This document shows, piece by piece, positions 10,301 through 20,300 of a stretch of 64,000 nucleotides of DNA. The notes under the pieces are model-generated. The model saw only the letters and a list, made by a program, of their open reading frames with translations. It was not told the origin of the DNA and did no database searches. Source of the DNA: a virus (lineage: Duplodnaviria; Caudoviricetes); the IMG/VR virus record IMGVR_UViG_3300021255_002777, positions 18,750 to 82,749 of that record; one strand, given 5' to 3'. The position numbers were made by a program, and so were the translations under genes. How positions within the stretch are numbered: position 1 is the stretch's first letter; the number at the start of each line of letters is the position of its first letter.

Positions 10301-11810
10301 TGTCGGGATCAAGCCTTGCCCTCCAGTAGTTGTCAGCATCAGCATATTCGTGGTACTTCTTCGCGCCTGTGCTGGCTGCACCCTGACCCATCTCCTCGTA
10401 GATACCTTCCGAAAACATGGTGCTGCCGATACGCTTTGCATAGTTGCCAGCAAAACTTCTGCTTCCGTAACCTTCTGCAGCATTACCTGTGATGTTGCTC
10501 TGACCCAATGCATTCCTCATATTTATTTCGCCATTGCGCACAGCCCAAGCTCTACCCGCACTACGCTCAGCACTGCGGTATGCCTTGTCGATAAACCTGC
10601 CTGCAAGATTAAGGTTGCTCGGGATAAGGATAGCGAGGTTAAGACCAACTACGGCATTGCCTGCTTTGGTCGCATTTTCTTCAAGCTGCTGGAGTGCTGC
10701 ACCACGTCGGTTCTCATACTGAGCAGTGAGCTGACCGCGCCGCTGCTGATACTGCGCATCCAGCCTTTGCTTGATTTGCTGATATTGAGGACTGCTGCGG
10801 TCATAGCCGAACTGCTGGTCAAGCAAAGCTGTTTGCTGCTGGTATGCGGAATCAAGCTGCTGCACCTGTGGATCAGCCATGATGTGCTGGTCTATAGTGT
10901 CGTTGATACGCTGTGTTTCCTCTTGCACCATTTCACGCTTGGTACTGAGTCCTTCAAGTGCAGCCTCACCCATCGAACTGCTGGCAATGGAAAGATACTT
11001 GACAGCTGGCTGGCCTACATTGTTTACAGCATGGTTGATTGCAGCGTAGGTGTTACGAAGCAGGTTGTTGCCTTGTCTTGCAGCACTACGTGCAGCTGTT
11101 GCAGTTGCACCGCGAAGACCACGAACTGCTGCGCCACCGACACCTGCTCCGACCATAGCCGAACCCATCATGCCTACAGTGAATCCGACATTGGTGAGCA
11201 CGTCATCCATCCACAAGTTCATGCTGTTAATGTTCTTCCACCATTCACCGTTCTCGCTGTTCTGTTTCTGCTTCAGGCTTTGATAGTTGACAAAGTTTTG
11301 ATCAAACCATTCATCTACATCAGCCATAGCATTGGAGAACTCGTTGTCCCACAGATGTGACATGTTCCAGCCTTCGCCAGCAATACCATGGCCAAGGAAC
11401 GAGCCAATACCGTAGATGCCTCCAGCGATGCCATTGATAAAGCTAGTTGCTGCCCTGCCAAGGAACTTTGCAGTTCCGTTGGCAACATTGTCCCACCAAG
11501 GCTGGGCTTCATACCTACGTTGCTGAAGGTCATCGAAACTTGTGACTGGAGTGAGCACATCACTGTCATCGTCATACTGGCTCATGCCACGCTCATAGCC
11601 TGGTGTGCCCGGAGCGTAGTGTTGTGACTCTGTAAAGCTGCCTATCTCTGGTTGGTATGCAACACTTACGCCATGCTTAATACGATTCCTGTCGCTGATG
11701 CGCTGTGCCCACTCAGCATCGTGTGCGTCCATTTCTTCCTGCGTTGCACCTGCTCTATAACGCAATCCGCTTATGGGAGATACCCCATTCTTTCTTGGAT
11801 CTATTGCCAT
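4332..11810 (-). CDS. Giant virion cargo/ejection protein with a C-terminal zincin-like metallopeptidase domain
   Basis: 2492 aa; N-terminal Gly/Ala-rich hydrophobic segments; LIHEYTHLW (HExxH, ~5622-5650) followed by AEEVFA (~5441-5460); last gene of the Crassvirales cargo cluster. Confidence 0.7.
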   Translation of the reverse strand: MAIDPRKNGVSPISGLRYRAGATQEEMDAHDAEWAQRISDRNRIKHGVSVAYQPEIGSFTESQHYAPGTPGYERGMSQYDDDSDVLTPVTSFDDLQQRRYEAQPWWDNVANGTAKFLGRAATSFINGIAGGIYGIGSFLGHGIAGEGWNMSHLWDNEFSNAMADVDEWFDQNFVNYQSLKQKQNSENGEWWKNINSMNLWMDDVLTNVGFTVGMMGSAMVGAGVGGAAVRGLRGATATAARSAARQGNNLLRNTYAAINHAVNNVGQPAVKYLSIASSSMGEAALEGLSTKREMVQEETQRINDTIDQHIMADPQVQQLDSAYQQQTALLDQQFGYDRSSPQYQQIKQRLDAQYQQRRGQLTAQYENRRGAALQQLEENATKAGNAVVGLNLAILIPSNLNLAGRFIDKAYRSAERSAGRAWAVRNGEINMRNALGQSNITGNAAEGYGSRSFAGNYAKRIGSTMFSEGIYEEMGQGAASTGAKKYHEYADADNYWRARLDPDSVDLVADGSHDFLSALNYGIKETYGSADGWKEGFIGGLTGALFGAGEMRDEWRDTRFAKRTAKELNNQLKNDRLPNLLQHLVAQSFHEQNKIRLAEEGNQNDWKTEDDKAMFSLISTFARAGRMDDLYAMIDQHTENMSDEQVQSIINGSVKEITPEMQRQQMREAINENIDKQIAEQLKDGADDERALRRNVDQAKLNEQQVRQQVVGVLGEKATDSRKVNDLRRLARRARNTEVKHAAQALIQAIDARKQAQQDYDLAMKSPESKSRIDELEEERARLLRNADNAAPDSYWDGPSSLVDDNGNVASVEAARESIKHNTDRIREAVQRYQDAVERINRETRGYFSKDQEDYLAYTEYLGRSHFDRGDELTQKWRGILPETFTVTIPKGAAKKLAEAFGLQESAVQVDPSDETKAIVSTKDMTDQQFARFALRGLLKHEYLTWDETDEDTINQTRQRFASAALDAVDAAMRREGKMKKFDRNAFLRDMEDVAKCYEKAQEYNKAFDEALANPENLLNAKQKAIRWLVNKWQKTKDKLAQKKQTVDELIAKGDEAIARSSAYQRSKVLAKKVAEAVEKFYNDKLADYFKDITDPELREELIEKTKDFIQGIINSNSEKEEPTILDVDAIEEAQTIMEFIKLTDIDEDGSIVSRITDAQRKQINKALNKLKKDAPNFLKGLNAAIKGVHDWMNRITTAAQNAKEAVTSSSTYETIAKYAKDLLSKVAESDTLINLLEELERILEQRLNTIKEDKSARAKTERTAFNAILKKVKARLDSLRNSRQPDTKPVDAEQHSPAPQAQPAQQEQASNEEAPSPAATQENQHLQNPSEAEEEKAMMEFINIGDEDRGRLGPVWRSNTGEFAYRSGFTYKPYHEIVNEYLAKLPETTDETSLHSIGELGTKSVAEWRRLAKRSEAIYNRLSREGAFGYIDKGNVKSGDEVGFLITKDEELGLIVYIVHNGQIVTDLNSPYYGPKTDNGDLYQIYQVFREEYENGTYDDALGGVMSKHKTHVANVFAGFPKYRNGANKGTDAEVTVASISDKPARFHIIGAVGLNSGISITGSGAKGQPCILIQRPGNNGLTRWRAVPVKTRSITGTTSAKYGNDMIARVLQQAAKNMSQEQLIAFLKHFLNCDNIYVNQREGETEAEVMVDDQLVNKPVIQLAIKLRETNEQGQNVEAAINIATDGNGISIYGDVRCNVSAKFLQDESDYKQAIRGGDNLPQSYSDFLKEICYTKLADTDTHDSFFTVNQLLSNGDGTLSEVQSPYIEQTGNVRVISPGVVMVRDSNEGTTTRVEFARNKFDIAAVKSIKISSGTGSFVDVTVTPSNYQRVLRKLATAFMQSDMHPRWGQVNYFEFNGVVYEFTPQQGNLGKIKFSENKSMQYTLHDLDAQLPSVLSAVLRHYNGSNIDAVAKEFFDSVDKAKLKVLLDEIREGKTSFDAISVEDKAAIVNSLKDRGTDAAIDKRSKLDKLITRLKSHGIEISAKTDVGQRLVDQANHRLQSGGERSVLELGREQGRRYFLSADGTIVYGFYDSASNSIYLDPDLMNMESLIHEYTHLWCNVMRRTPEGKKRWKKLVEDLRSEKKMWESVKESYGDLVKKRDEHGNLVDDDDLIAEEVFAHLSGQRGEQWIEAHLEDSGETIKKKLMKLVNSIIDFIKSLFGAGQYARTMQELVWCDMLSDNPLSNFDMIDNPKKPADEIVENKQAEAEPASAEQAEQSNTVSIEALRNGTGLSADEVKDILINDLGVSENDISDTDVKLDSNITDQALKDVGLNPRPKSIKPFIPVQSVDTSKVSSTVATNLGMGFNTDRSFTGISPKLDAFSAELTRGYFSLEDAVDAMKTVLNEEQRNKLWSAVRNTVSDVESNTDLAAHIAHQFRVYLNSGTTGNSEADAIFKELRNGIQSLVDNADAVAELEKQLMSGHRTSDQSTPSDMLYSLTHDDMFLANHAYLDMLTEQDKEFLSMAGYSEKVYKSLHDTIKERIRKCVL

Positions 11811-11812
11811 GA

Positions 11813-13567
11813 TTATTTACCGAAAAGATTGATGTTTGAAACTGAGTTAGAACTTCCTATCGAGCCTTGAACACCAAGCAATGCTGTGTTGTAATCATAC
11901 TCAAGGCCCTGCAAAGACTGGTCTGATGGAAGCAGTGAGTAATACTCAGAGCTGCTCAGGCCACGTCTGCGCATTTCATTGTCACGTGCAGTTGCCATGC
12001 TTGACAGTCGTTCAAGATTTGCACGCAGATTTGGATCGCTGATATCTTCCATCTTGATGAAGTAATACTTCTTCTTTCCGCCCTTCGTAACAACAAGCAT
12101 CAACCCTTTGTTAGTTGGAGTCATGCTGACACCTGCCTGAACAGCATCAGCATCCTTATCGTTAAGGATGGAGGCTATGGTTGTCGGGTTGTCTGTATCA
12201 GTACCGTATGAGCCATTCTTGTTTATCTTGTCTATAGAGTATATCTTCTGCGATTTGAATGCAGAATTGTAATCAGTGAGGGATATATCCTGGACTGTGT
12301 GGTAAGAGCCTATTACATTGCGTATCTTATTTGTGTATGCTTTGGCAAGCTCACTCTCGCGTACAGTCTTACCATTCTTGTCCTGGATGACCTGGAAGCC
12401 GTTGATGTCAATAAATTTCCAGCCGTTTTCCTGTGCTATCTCCTGCATAATCTCACCGTTTGACCTCCTGAATGGAATCATTTCTGATACACGCCCCTGA
12501 AAAGCATCTATACCACGACCTATCACAGACGATGCTGGAGCATTGGGATCGTAACGGAACTCATTCTTGTCCTTATCATAGATGAGCCCATTCATAGCTG
12601 CGGAGTTAATAAGTTTATCCATCTCACCCTTGTCAGTAAGACTGTCATCTATAGTAAAGCTGTGGTCATTGGGTCTGCCATAGTCGATGACTGAATCAGA
12701 ATCTGAGCTCTTCTTACCAGCAGCTGCTCTTGCAGCAGCCATCTCAGCGGCATAGACAGGATTCTGTTGTATGCTGACCTTATCCTGACCGGCACCAGCA
12801 GCAAGACCTGTAGACATGGCTTCAATAAGCTCGTTGGTAGTATTGGCATCCCACGTTTCGTTGGCCACACCAAATCCGTTATCATCCATGTTCATTCCGT
12901 TTGCTTTGAGTACTGTGGACATGATGGCTTTGAGTGCAGGAATATTGCGCCAGTTAGCGATTGCATCGGCAGGCAAGCCATACTGTATGATTGTCTCAAG
13001 CATGGAATCGTCAACACCCATAGCCTTCAGTTGTATTGCGGCTTCACCATTCGGGTTCTGCCTGAGCTGGTTCAGATAAGCCTTTGCCATAGTAGCAACC
13101 TGCGCGGTCATTGTTGCTGGGTTGGCTACCTTGAACCCGCCATTGGGATTCTGCACATACCATCCGAGTTTGGTTGTGCCTGCATCACGTGAATATTTCA
13201 GCTCGGGATGCTTGGCTTGCTCAGTGGCTTCGGCTTTACGTGTGTTGAACCCGATCTGAATAGGCATCATATTTCTTGAATAGCTTCCACGAAGGTTGCT
13301 GAACACGTCACGCTGTCCCCAGCCTCCACCTTTTGTAAGCGCATCAGCGGCTGTGTTGAGGTTGTTCATGAAAGCATTGAACATGGGCCTTGCAACCTCA
13401 TCATCTTCATCAATGAGTCGGTCATACATCTGTGTGGTCATGTTCAGCTCGTCATACTTATCCTGCAAAGCCTGGTGATAGTCAGCGGCTTCCTTGACAG
13501 GAACAGCAATCTCTTGATATGTTAGCGGGTCATAGGTGACCCCTGCGACTAAACTGTAATTAGGCAT
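11813..13567 (-). CDS. Virion cargo (internal/ejection) protein
   Basis: 584 aa helical protein between cargo protein 1 and the giant protein, the conserved position in crAss001-like phages. Confidence 0.55.
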   Translation of the reverse strand: MPNYSLVAGVTYDPLTYQEIAVPVKEAADYHQALQDKYDELNMTTQMYDRLIDEDDEVARPMFNAFMNNLNTAADALTKGGGWGQRDVFSNLRGSYSRNMMPIQIGFNTRKAEATEQAKHPELKYSRDAGTTKLGWYVQNPNGGFKVANPATMTAQVATMAKAYLNQLRQNPNGEAAIQLKAMGVDDSMLETIIQYGLPADAIANWRNIPALKAIMSTVLKANGMNMDDNGFGVANETWDANTTNELIEAMSTGLAAGAGQDKVSIQQNPVYAAEMAAARAAAGKKSSDSDSVIDYGRPNDHSFTIDDSLTDKGEMDKLINSAAMNGLIYDKDKNEFRYDPNAPASSVIGRGIDAFQGRVSEMIPFRRSNGEIMQEIAQENGWKFIDINGFQVIQDKNGKTVRESELAKAYTNKIRNVIGSYHTVQDISLTDYNSAFKSQKIYSIDKINKNGSYGTDTDNPTTIASILNDKDADAVQAGVSMTPTNKGLMLVVTKGGKKKYYFIKMEDISDPNLRANLERLSSMATARDNEMRRRGLSSSEYYSLLPSDQSLQGLEYDYNTALLGVQGSIGSSNSVSNINLFGK

Positions 13568-13573
13568 AGTATA

Positions 13574-16500
13574 TTAACCATAAGGATTAAACAAACCATT
13601 AAGAAATGAACCGAAGTTGAACGGCTGGTTCTGGACATAGGGATTGGTCGCCATTGTTGGTCTTTGACCAGCCTGCCTTGTGTTCGGGTTACCCCACCAG
13701 GGTGTACCGTTCTCAAAGGCTCCGTTGTAGATAGGACTGCCATAACGCGGGTCCATACCATAGCCGCCGTTTGCAGGATTGTGGTTGACCATGTTGAAGT
13801 ACATGTTCTCCTTTGCTTTCTTTGCAACAGCATCTGTGAACATCTTGCGGTTGTTGAGCTTGATTGCGTCAACAGCATCCTTTTCAGCTTTGCGTGCCTG
13901 CAAAGCATCCTCCATTCTGTAGCCGAACAGGTTGCGTGCCTGAGCCCAGTTATGGGCATTTTGCGCATCTGCACTGAGTATGCCTTGACTGTTCTGCATA
14001 TCGGTGGTACGGTTAAAGTCAAGCATGTTACGGTACTGATCTGCATTGAACTTCTGACCAGTCTCACCGATAGCGCCGTTGCCTATCATAGCGTTCCTTG
14101 CAAGAGCAACTTGGGCGGCGTTTGCAGCAGCTCCGTTGCCGTTGCTGTTATCTTGGATTGCACGGCTTGCTGTACCATATTGAGCATCTGCGTTGAGCAT
14201 AGGCTGATATGGGTCAAACAGCACTGGCTTCATCCTTTCACCTGAAGGTTTGTAACTTACAGGCATGTAACCTTGTGACTGCCTTGCAAGTTCCTCAAGA
14301 CCATTTGCATATGTATAGTCTGGCTTGGGGGCAAGACCGATGTCGTCAAGCAGACGGGCAAGACCAGCCTCCCAGATAGGAAGGTCACGGCCTGCTGTGC
14401 TAAGCCAAGGCATGGTGTACCTGCCGTCAATGGCTGGGTTGAACTGATAACGGTCATCAGTATCTTCCTCAGGATTAGAGCCGTCACCAACAGGAGTGTA
14501 TGCTTCCTGTTCCTGGTTCTGCAAATCGTCTAACTCACTTTCAGTAAGATATCCTTTATCTGTTGGACTGTTGACAAGTTTATAGCGGTATACGTCACTC
14601 CCTGCAGGAAGGTATGCTTCAATGCCGAGAGTATCACGAATAGTATCGCGGAACTTACCCCAATCGTTGTCACTTTCAGGAATACGAATACCGAAGTTGC
14701 GTAACTTGGTAAGACCACCATTCCAGTTATCAGGAACGAACCGTGTAGGGTTGTCAGTGGTTTGCCGTTTGTATGAACCAGGTTGTATTGCTGTGTTAAA
14801 GAAGTCATCAGTGAAGGCACTGTTCAGACCAAGATCTTGTGCAAGCCTCTGTACTGTGCCATACTTATCATCATACTTAGCGATGCTGAGATCGTCACCG
14901 TAGAGGTTAGCAGCATCGTATGCATCCTGAAGTTCGTTGACCTGTTTTAGGAACGCTTCAACCTCTTCTGGTGATTTGCCATTTAATCCACTGAACAAGT
15001 CACCGATTATTGGGAGCATATACGCTTCCCATGCCCTGTATGCGTTGTAACCATCAGCATATTGGTTTCCTGCAGGCTTGCTACCACGTGTAGCAAACAT
15101 ATTCACAGGCTGGAAGTATCCGCCATTACTGTAGAGGTTACCACCGAAAGAATGCCGTGCTGGAAGCTGAGTCACAACTGGAAAAACAACGTCATCCACA
15201 ATATTGTCAGCTCTTTGCTCCGATAGCGGATATTCTGGGCCGTCACCCCACTCTCCGCCACCACCAGCACCACCAAAGGCACCACCACCAGGTATAGCAG
15301 CTTCGGGATAAGCATCATCCGAATTGAAGTAGTCGACAACTTTGCCAGCAAAGTCTTCAGCCTTGTTCAGACCAGACGCAATCTTTTCAGGAATGCCAGA
15401 ATTTCGAATCCATCTATGTAGTCTTCCATATAAGTATGGATTTGAGTTGAATGCTTGATTAAATTCACCAGGAGTGTTAGGAAACCCTTTAAATGGACCA
15501 GACTCAACAGCACCCAACACAGCATCAGCAGCGCCTGAGCCAGCTGTATAATCGAACAAGCCTTTTATTGCAGGCATAAGCCAAGCAAGGTTGGCGCCAG
15601 TCCAGTATGCGGAGTTAATTGCCTCTTGACTGCCACGACGCTTTCTTCTGTTTTGCTCATTAATCACCTCTCTAGTAGTGGCAATATCAGGCTGCTCCTG
15701 CCTCATCATATAATCGCTAAGATGAGGGATGTCTTCTACGTAGACGTGAGTAGGAGCATATTCAGTATAAGCTGTGCTAAGTGGAACTCTGTTGCCACTA
15801 GGGAAGGAGACAATAGTATCACCATATTCATCAACAAAGCCTCTAGGGATGTCACCGAGGGTGATGAGCCTGCCGCCAGGAGCAAACAGATTGCCTCCGA
15901 ATGCCACCATCGAAGGTTGGGACGTTTCAGGCCCCTGCTGTATCATAGCTGCTTCTGGTGCCTGTTCCTGCATAGCCATTTCACCTTCCTGCTGCATGGC
16001 TTGCTGTGCCATAGCTTGCTGCTGCTCAGGAGGAAGCTGTTGCATAACCTGCTGAGCCATCGCCATCTGTTGCTGTTGTTGCTCAGCCTTGACTTGTTCC
16101 TGCATGTCACGTGCTTCTGCGAGGAACTTCTTGTTTGTATTCTCATGTATCGGGTCATTAGGTGTCTCCCTACTTTCTTTGGTGAATACTTCAACTGCCT
16201 TGGATACGCTGATACCATGAGGCAGATGATACTTGTCTGCAAACTCGTCAGTGATTGTAATGCGGTTGGAGAAAACATAGTCACTGTCACCTCCATCACC
16301 GAGCAATCTCTTAGGCGCGATGACCTCATCTTCCTCAACAACATTGGGAACACCACGGCTGTCATAGCCCATAGGTACGCCTTGATAAGGGTTCTCCTCA
16401 TGAGTGCCACCGTTCTCGATGTAAATGAGACCGTTGGTGAAGTCACTGCCATGGTTGTTCAGTGAACCACCGCCAGAGAAGAATCTGCCACCAAAGCAGA

Positions 16501-17377
16501 ATGGCATACAGCCACCGAAACCATACTGCTTCTGCATGGGTTGCTGCATCTGGTTTTGCTGCTGCATTTGTCCTATCATCTGCTGCTGGTTAGCAAGGTT
16601 CTGTTGCTCTATGCCATAAGCCACAGCACCGCTGCCTGGATGTGAGAATGGGTTATCAAAGTAGCCACCGAAGGCAGCACTGTTCATCAGTAAGTTGTTC
16701 ATCATATTTTTAGATACGTTTGTTTCAGCATTATCATAGTTTGCAGCCATGTAGTTCTGACCGCTTGCCATTGCTTTCTGAAGTTTGTTGTACTCATTCT
16801 CTACTTTGCCTTTAGCTGCCCAGCCCCAACTGCCTATGTCATGGATATCAAACGCGCTACCCCAGTTCTGTGCAGCAGCTTGGTTTGCGATGCTCTCATT
16901 GCTGGAATCAGTAACACGGGTGTTATTCATCTCATTGACATCATTGTTGATAGCATTGATTGTAGCATCGTTGAGGTGATAACCACTAATGCGATTCACG
17001 AGACCACCGACGAGACCAGAGCCTGCCTTGACAATACCGCCCAGCAAAGGATTCACTTTACCAACAATGCCACCGACTGCATTACCTATACCACTGATTG
17101 CTTTTCCTGCACCAGTACCGCGGTCAAACTTGCCTATACCAATAGAGTACAGACCTTGACCCACAGCACCACCTATACTTGTTGCATCAAGCCCGAATTT
17201 ACCAAGACCAGCGGTAATCTTTGAACCCTGTCCTCCAAACACATTACCAAGCTTGCCCGCAGCATCGTTTATGAGGCCACCGATATCATATCTGTTGGTG
17301 TATACATACGGGTCAGCAAAGTACCGCTGAACAGGCACCGTAGTCGGAACATGAATATATTGTGGATAATTATTCAT
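13574..17377 (-). CDS. Cargo protein 1-like ejection protein (crAss001 gp45-like)
   Basis: 1267 aa; Gly-rich hydrophobic N-terminal helices; IENGGTHEENPYQGVPMG...VEEDEVI core; repeated FGG/xxGG motifs; directly downstream of the muzzle gene. Confidence 0.7.
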   Translation of the reverse strand: MNNYPQYIHVPTTVPVQRYFADPYVYTNRYDIGGLINDAAGKLGNVFGGQGSKITAGLGKFGLDATSIGGAVGQGLYSIGIGKFDRGTGAGKAISGIGNAVGGIVGKVNPLLGGIVKAGSGLVGGLVNRISGYHLNDATINAINNDVNEMNNTRVTDSSNESIANQAAAQNWGSAFDIHDIGSWGWAAKGKVENEYNKLQKAMASGQNYMAANYDNAETNVSKNMMNNLLMNSAAFGGYFDNPFSHPGSGAVAYGIEQQNLANQQQMIGQMQQQNQMQQPMQKQYGFGGCMPFCFGGRFFSGGGSLNNHGSDFTNGLIYIENGGTHEENPYQGVPMGYDSRGVPNVVEEDEVIAPKRLLGDGGDSDYVFSNRITITDEFADKYHLPHGISVSKAVEVFTKESRETPNDPIHENTNKKFLAEARDMQEQVKAEQQQQQMAMAQQVMQQLPPEQQQAMAQQAMQQEGEMAMQEQAPEAAMIQQGPETSQPSMVAFGGNLFAPGGRLITLGDIPRGFVDEYGDTIVSFPSGNRVPLSTAYTEYAPTHVYVEDIPHLSDYMMRQEQPDIATTREVINEQNRRKRRGSQEAINSAYWTGANLAWLMPAIKGLFDYTAGSGAADAVLGAVESGPFKGFPNTPGEFNQAFNSNPYLYGRLHRWIRNSGIPEKIASGLNKAEDFAGKVVDYFNSDDAYPEAAIPGGGAFGGAGGGGEWGDGPEYPLSEQRADNIVDDVVFPVVTQLPARHSFGGNLYSNGGYFQPVNMFATRGSKPAGNQYADGYNAYRAWEAYMLPIIGDLFSGLNGKSPEEVEAFLKQVNELQDAYDAANLYGDDLSIAKYDDKYGTVQRLAQDLGLNSAFTDDFFNTAIQPGSYKRQTTDNPTRFVPDNWNGGLTKLRNFGIRIPESDNDWGKFRDTIRDTLGIEAYLPAGSDVYRYKLVNSPTDKGYLTESELDDLQNQEQEAYTPVGDGSNPEEDTDDRYQFNPAIDGRYTMPWLSTAGRDLPIWEAGLARLLDDIGLAPKPDYTYANGLEELARQSQGYMPVSYKPSGERMKPVLFDPYQPMLNADAQYGTASRAIQDNSNGNGAAANAAQVALARNAMIGNGAIGETGQKFNADQYRNMLDFNRTTDMQNSQGILSADAQNAHNWAQARNLFGYRMEDALQARKAEKDAVDAIKLNNRKMFTDAVAKKAKENMYFNMVNHNPANGGYGMDPRYGSPIYNGAFENGTPWWGNPNTRQAGQRPTMATNPYVQNQPFNFGSFLNGLFNPYG

Positions 17378-17383
17378 AATATC

Positions 17384-20300
17384 TTATATAAAATACGTTA
17401 CTATAATGTCGTGTAAAATATGTCTGTACTTACTGAGTTCTGGAGTCAGCTCGAGTTTAATGTGGCACCATGTGTCACGAACACGATCACGTGTTTGTAC
17501 CCAGTTGCCTTCAGCATCTTGCTCTTTAGCCCTCGGCATAGTGGTGTGCCATACCTTGAACTTCTTGCGCAGATTAACAGGTTTTGCTGGATTGTCAAGC
17601 TGCGGTGTATTGTTGTCAGGAGCATCACCATTGACTGCATTGAGTTCCATTTCAAAGCGTTGATAATGGTCATTGCCACTGAGATTGTCAAAAGTCACAA
17701 ACGGTTTATAATCCCAACCATCATTGCGTTCCCAAGCATCAGCTCGCCATTCAAGGTTGTCGAATATCTTATCTGTGCCATAGTCGTTGCCTTGATTGTT
17801 ACTGTTGCAGATAATCTCTACACTTGCTGAGTATTGCTTATTGTAGATGAAGCAGTGCTTGTTGATATTCTTTCTATGCAACCAGATGTGGTCAGTATAC
17901 AACTTACCATTGTACAGATTGATGATTGATTCAGGCGTACTGCGATCAGGAGCAACAGTGAATACTGTATCATTTATTGCAAACATCGCTGTAGTGTTCT
18001 GATAATCATAGAAACTGGTAAACTCACCTGTCATTGTATCAAAGCACAAGCAAGTATCATTCCCGGTAAGGAAAAGTTCACCAGTCGTTTTATCGGAATG
18101 CATGAACAGTCCTTGCCATTCACCTGGATGCCATATTATACCAAGGTCACTTCGGTTTATAAACCAAGTGTACATTCCTTTAGTAGTCGATACGGGTTGA
18201 ATGCCGTCTGCCAACACGTTCATACTGTTTGTTCTTGCATCAACCCAATAGATGCCTGTTGGTTGAACAGCAATACTCCACTTATTCTGACATCCAACTT
18301 CCGTGGTGTAGTAACGCAGTCCTTGCATTCTTCCGCTGTTAGCAAGCTCAAACGGAAGCCCATCTGCTGCTTGCATTTGAGATGTTTCATTAAACAGTAT
18401 CTGAGCAATGCCACTATCCTGGAAGGCTACTAACTGCGTATCAAGTCTGACTATACGGTTAAGTGAACCTTTATTGCCATCACAGTTATACGTAGAAGCA
18501 AGTGTCAGTCTTGTCCACTCATCACGGAGTGCGCCAGCAACTTTGTTCAGTGTCCAAGTAAAGCTGTATTCAAACACATCCAACTGTACTTTCTTTCTAT
18601 TGATAGTGTGATAAGTAAAGAAGTTATCTTGCTGAGAATACACACGGTTCAGTTGGTTAAAGTTTGTTGGTCTGACATGATTGTTGTCACTCAGCCCGCG
18701 GTTCTTATCATACCTACCATCAATATTGATATGCGTTTCGGTCATGAAGGACACAATGTCGATTACCTTGTTTTGGTCTTCTTCTGTAAACGGATAAGTC
18801 CTTAACGCGTCATATCTTTGGTAGTAGGTATCGCCAGCACTCCATTCAAGAGTTGCTGCATTGTCTGACTTAAGATACACAGCCTCGCCAGCAGGGAGCC
18901 ACAGGTTCTGCTCAATAGCTTCTTCCGTAGTTCCACCAAATCTGTTGACAACGGTATCTCTATACAGTTGCCCCAGGTAAAGATAGCCACACAGGTTGTC
19001 TACATAATTGTCAAGTGTAATCTGACCGCTGAAGAACTTAGTATAATTAAAACTACAACTGCCGTAGCTATAAGTTGATAATGTGACTTCCCCAGCATCG
19101 AATACATCATTTGAGTTGAACAGGTCGACAGCCTTGAATTTATCAGCACTTTTGTCCCAGAATGGGTAGCCAGTATTTACCGAGGAATGATTGTATTGCA
19201 CGTATCTGTCAAGACAACTCTGTACTTTATCATTGCCCTCTTTTATATAATCAAGTGCAACAACAATGTGATTACCAGACTTGTACTTGATAGGCACAGA
19301 TGACATGGTTCTGTCAGCACCTTTCTTAAGGTCAGGAAGTTCAACCATCAAAGATATGCCTGTACCCGCAATATAGGAACTCATTGCTGATCCGTTGATT
19401 GTGCTTGCTGCACTAAGCGGTATGTATGGCGTAGAGAAAGCATACTTATTAGGATAGTCATCTTCACCATGTTGTATCGAATGTTGCGCATACGGAATGA
19501 AGGTAACCATCTTAGGATATCCGCCATAGCGTGTAAGCGGATACTTGAATGCATCAGTGACTGCAGTCTCGCTGTCACCGTTAACATCAGTGACAAATCC
19601 GCTTATTGGCGTTATCAACTTATCGACACTGCCGAAGTAGTGAAGAGAGCCAAGTTCACTGTTATCAGGCTCAGTTATGTTGGTAAGAGATACTTGCTGT
19701 TCATCAAGTACAGTCTTTGCTTTTACACTGATGTCATTAGCAACACTGAGATTCTTAATGTAGCAAGTCCTCCAACTGTAGTGCAGGTTCGCAAGAACTT
19801 TGCTTTTAAGTTCTGCTGATATATAGTTATCACCAGTGTTGTTCTTGGATTCTTTCTTGTCTTCCTTTGTGTCAGTTGGATACGTCTTCCTCGAACCAAT
19901 ACTGTCATTGTTCAATGAGCCTTGACATTGCCACGGGTATACAGCAAACCCGACTGGAGTTGCAGCATCGTTCTTATATGACTTTACATCCTCAACGCTG
20001 TTCCACGAGATGTCATCAAACCATAACGGTGCATTGATAAGTGATTTCCAACCTTGTCCAACATCAGTCATCTTCGATCCGACTATCTCGGAAGCATACA
20101 AGCCAGGAGCTATAACCATACCATTGTTCTCTTCTGTATAGAACTTGTTAGGTGGAGTACTGGTCATAATGTCATAGCTGGAAATAAATGAATTGATGGG
20201 TACAAGTCCAACAATACGCATCTTACAATCATCCAACTTGGTTGCCTGCAAAGCATCGTCGAAGTCTATATCCGCAGAGTTCATTGTGAATATACTCTGG

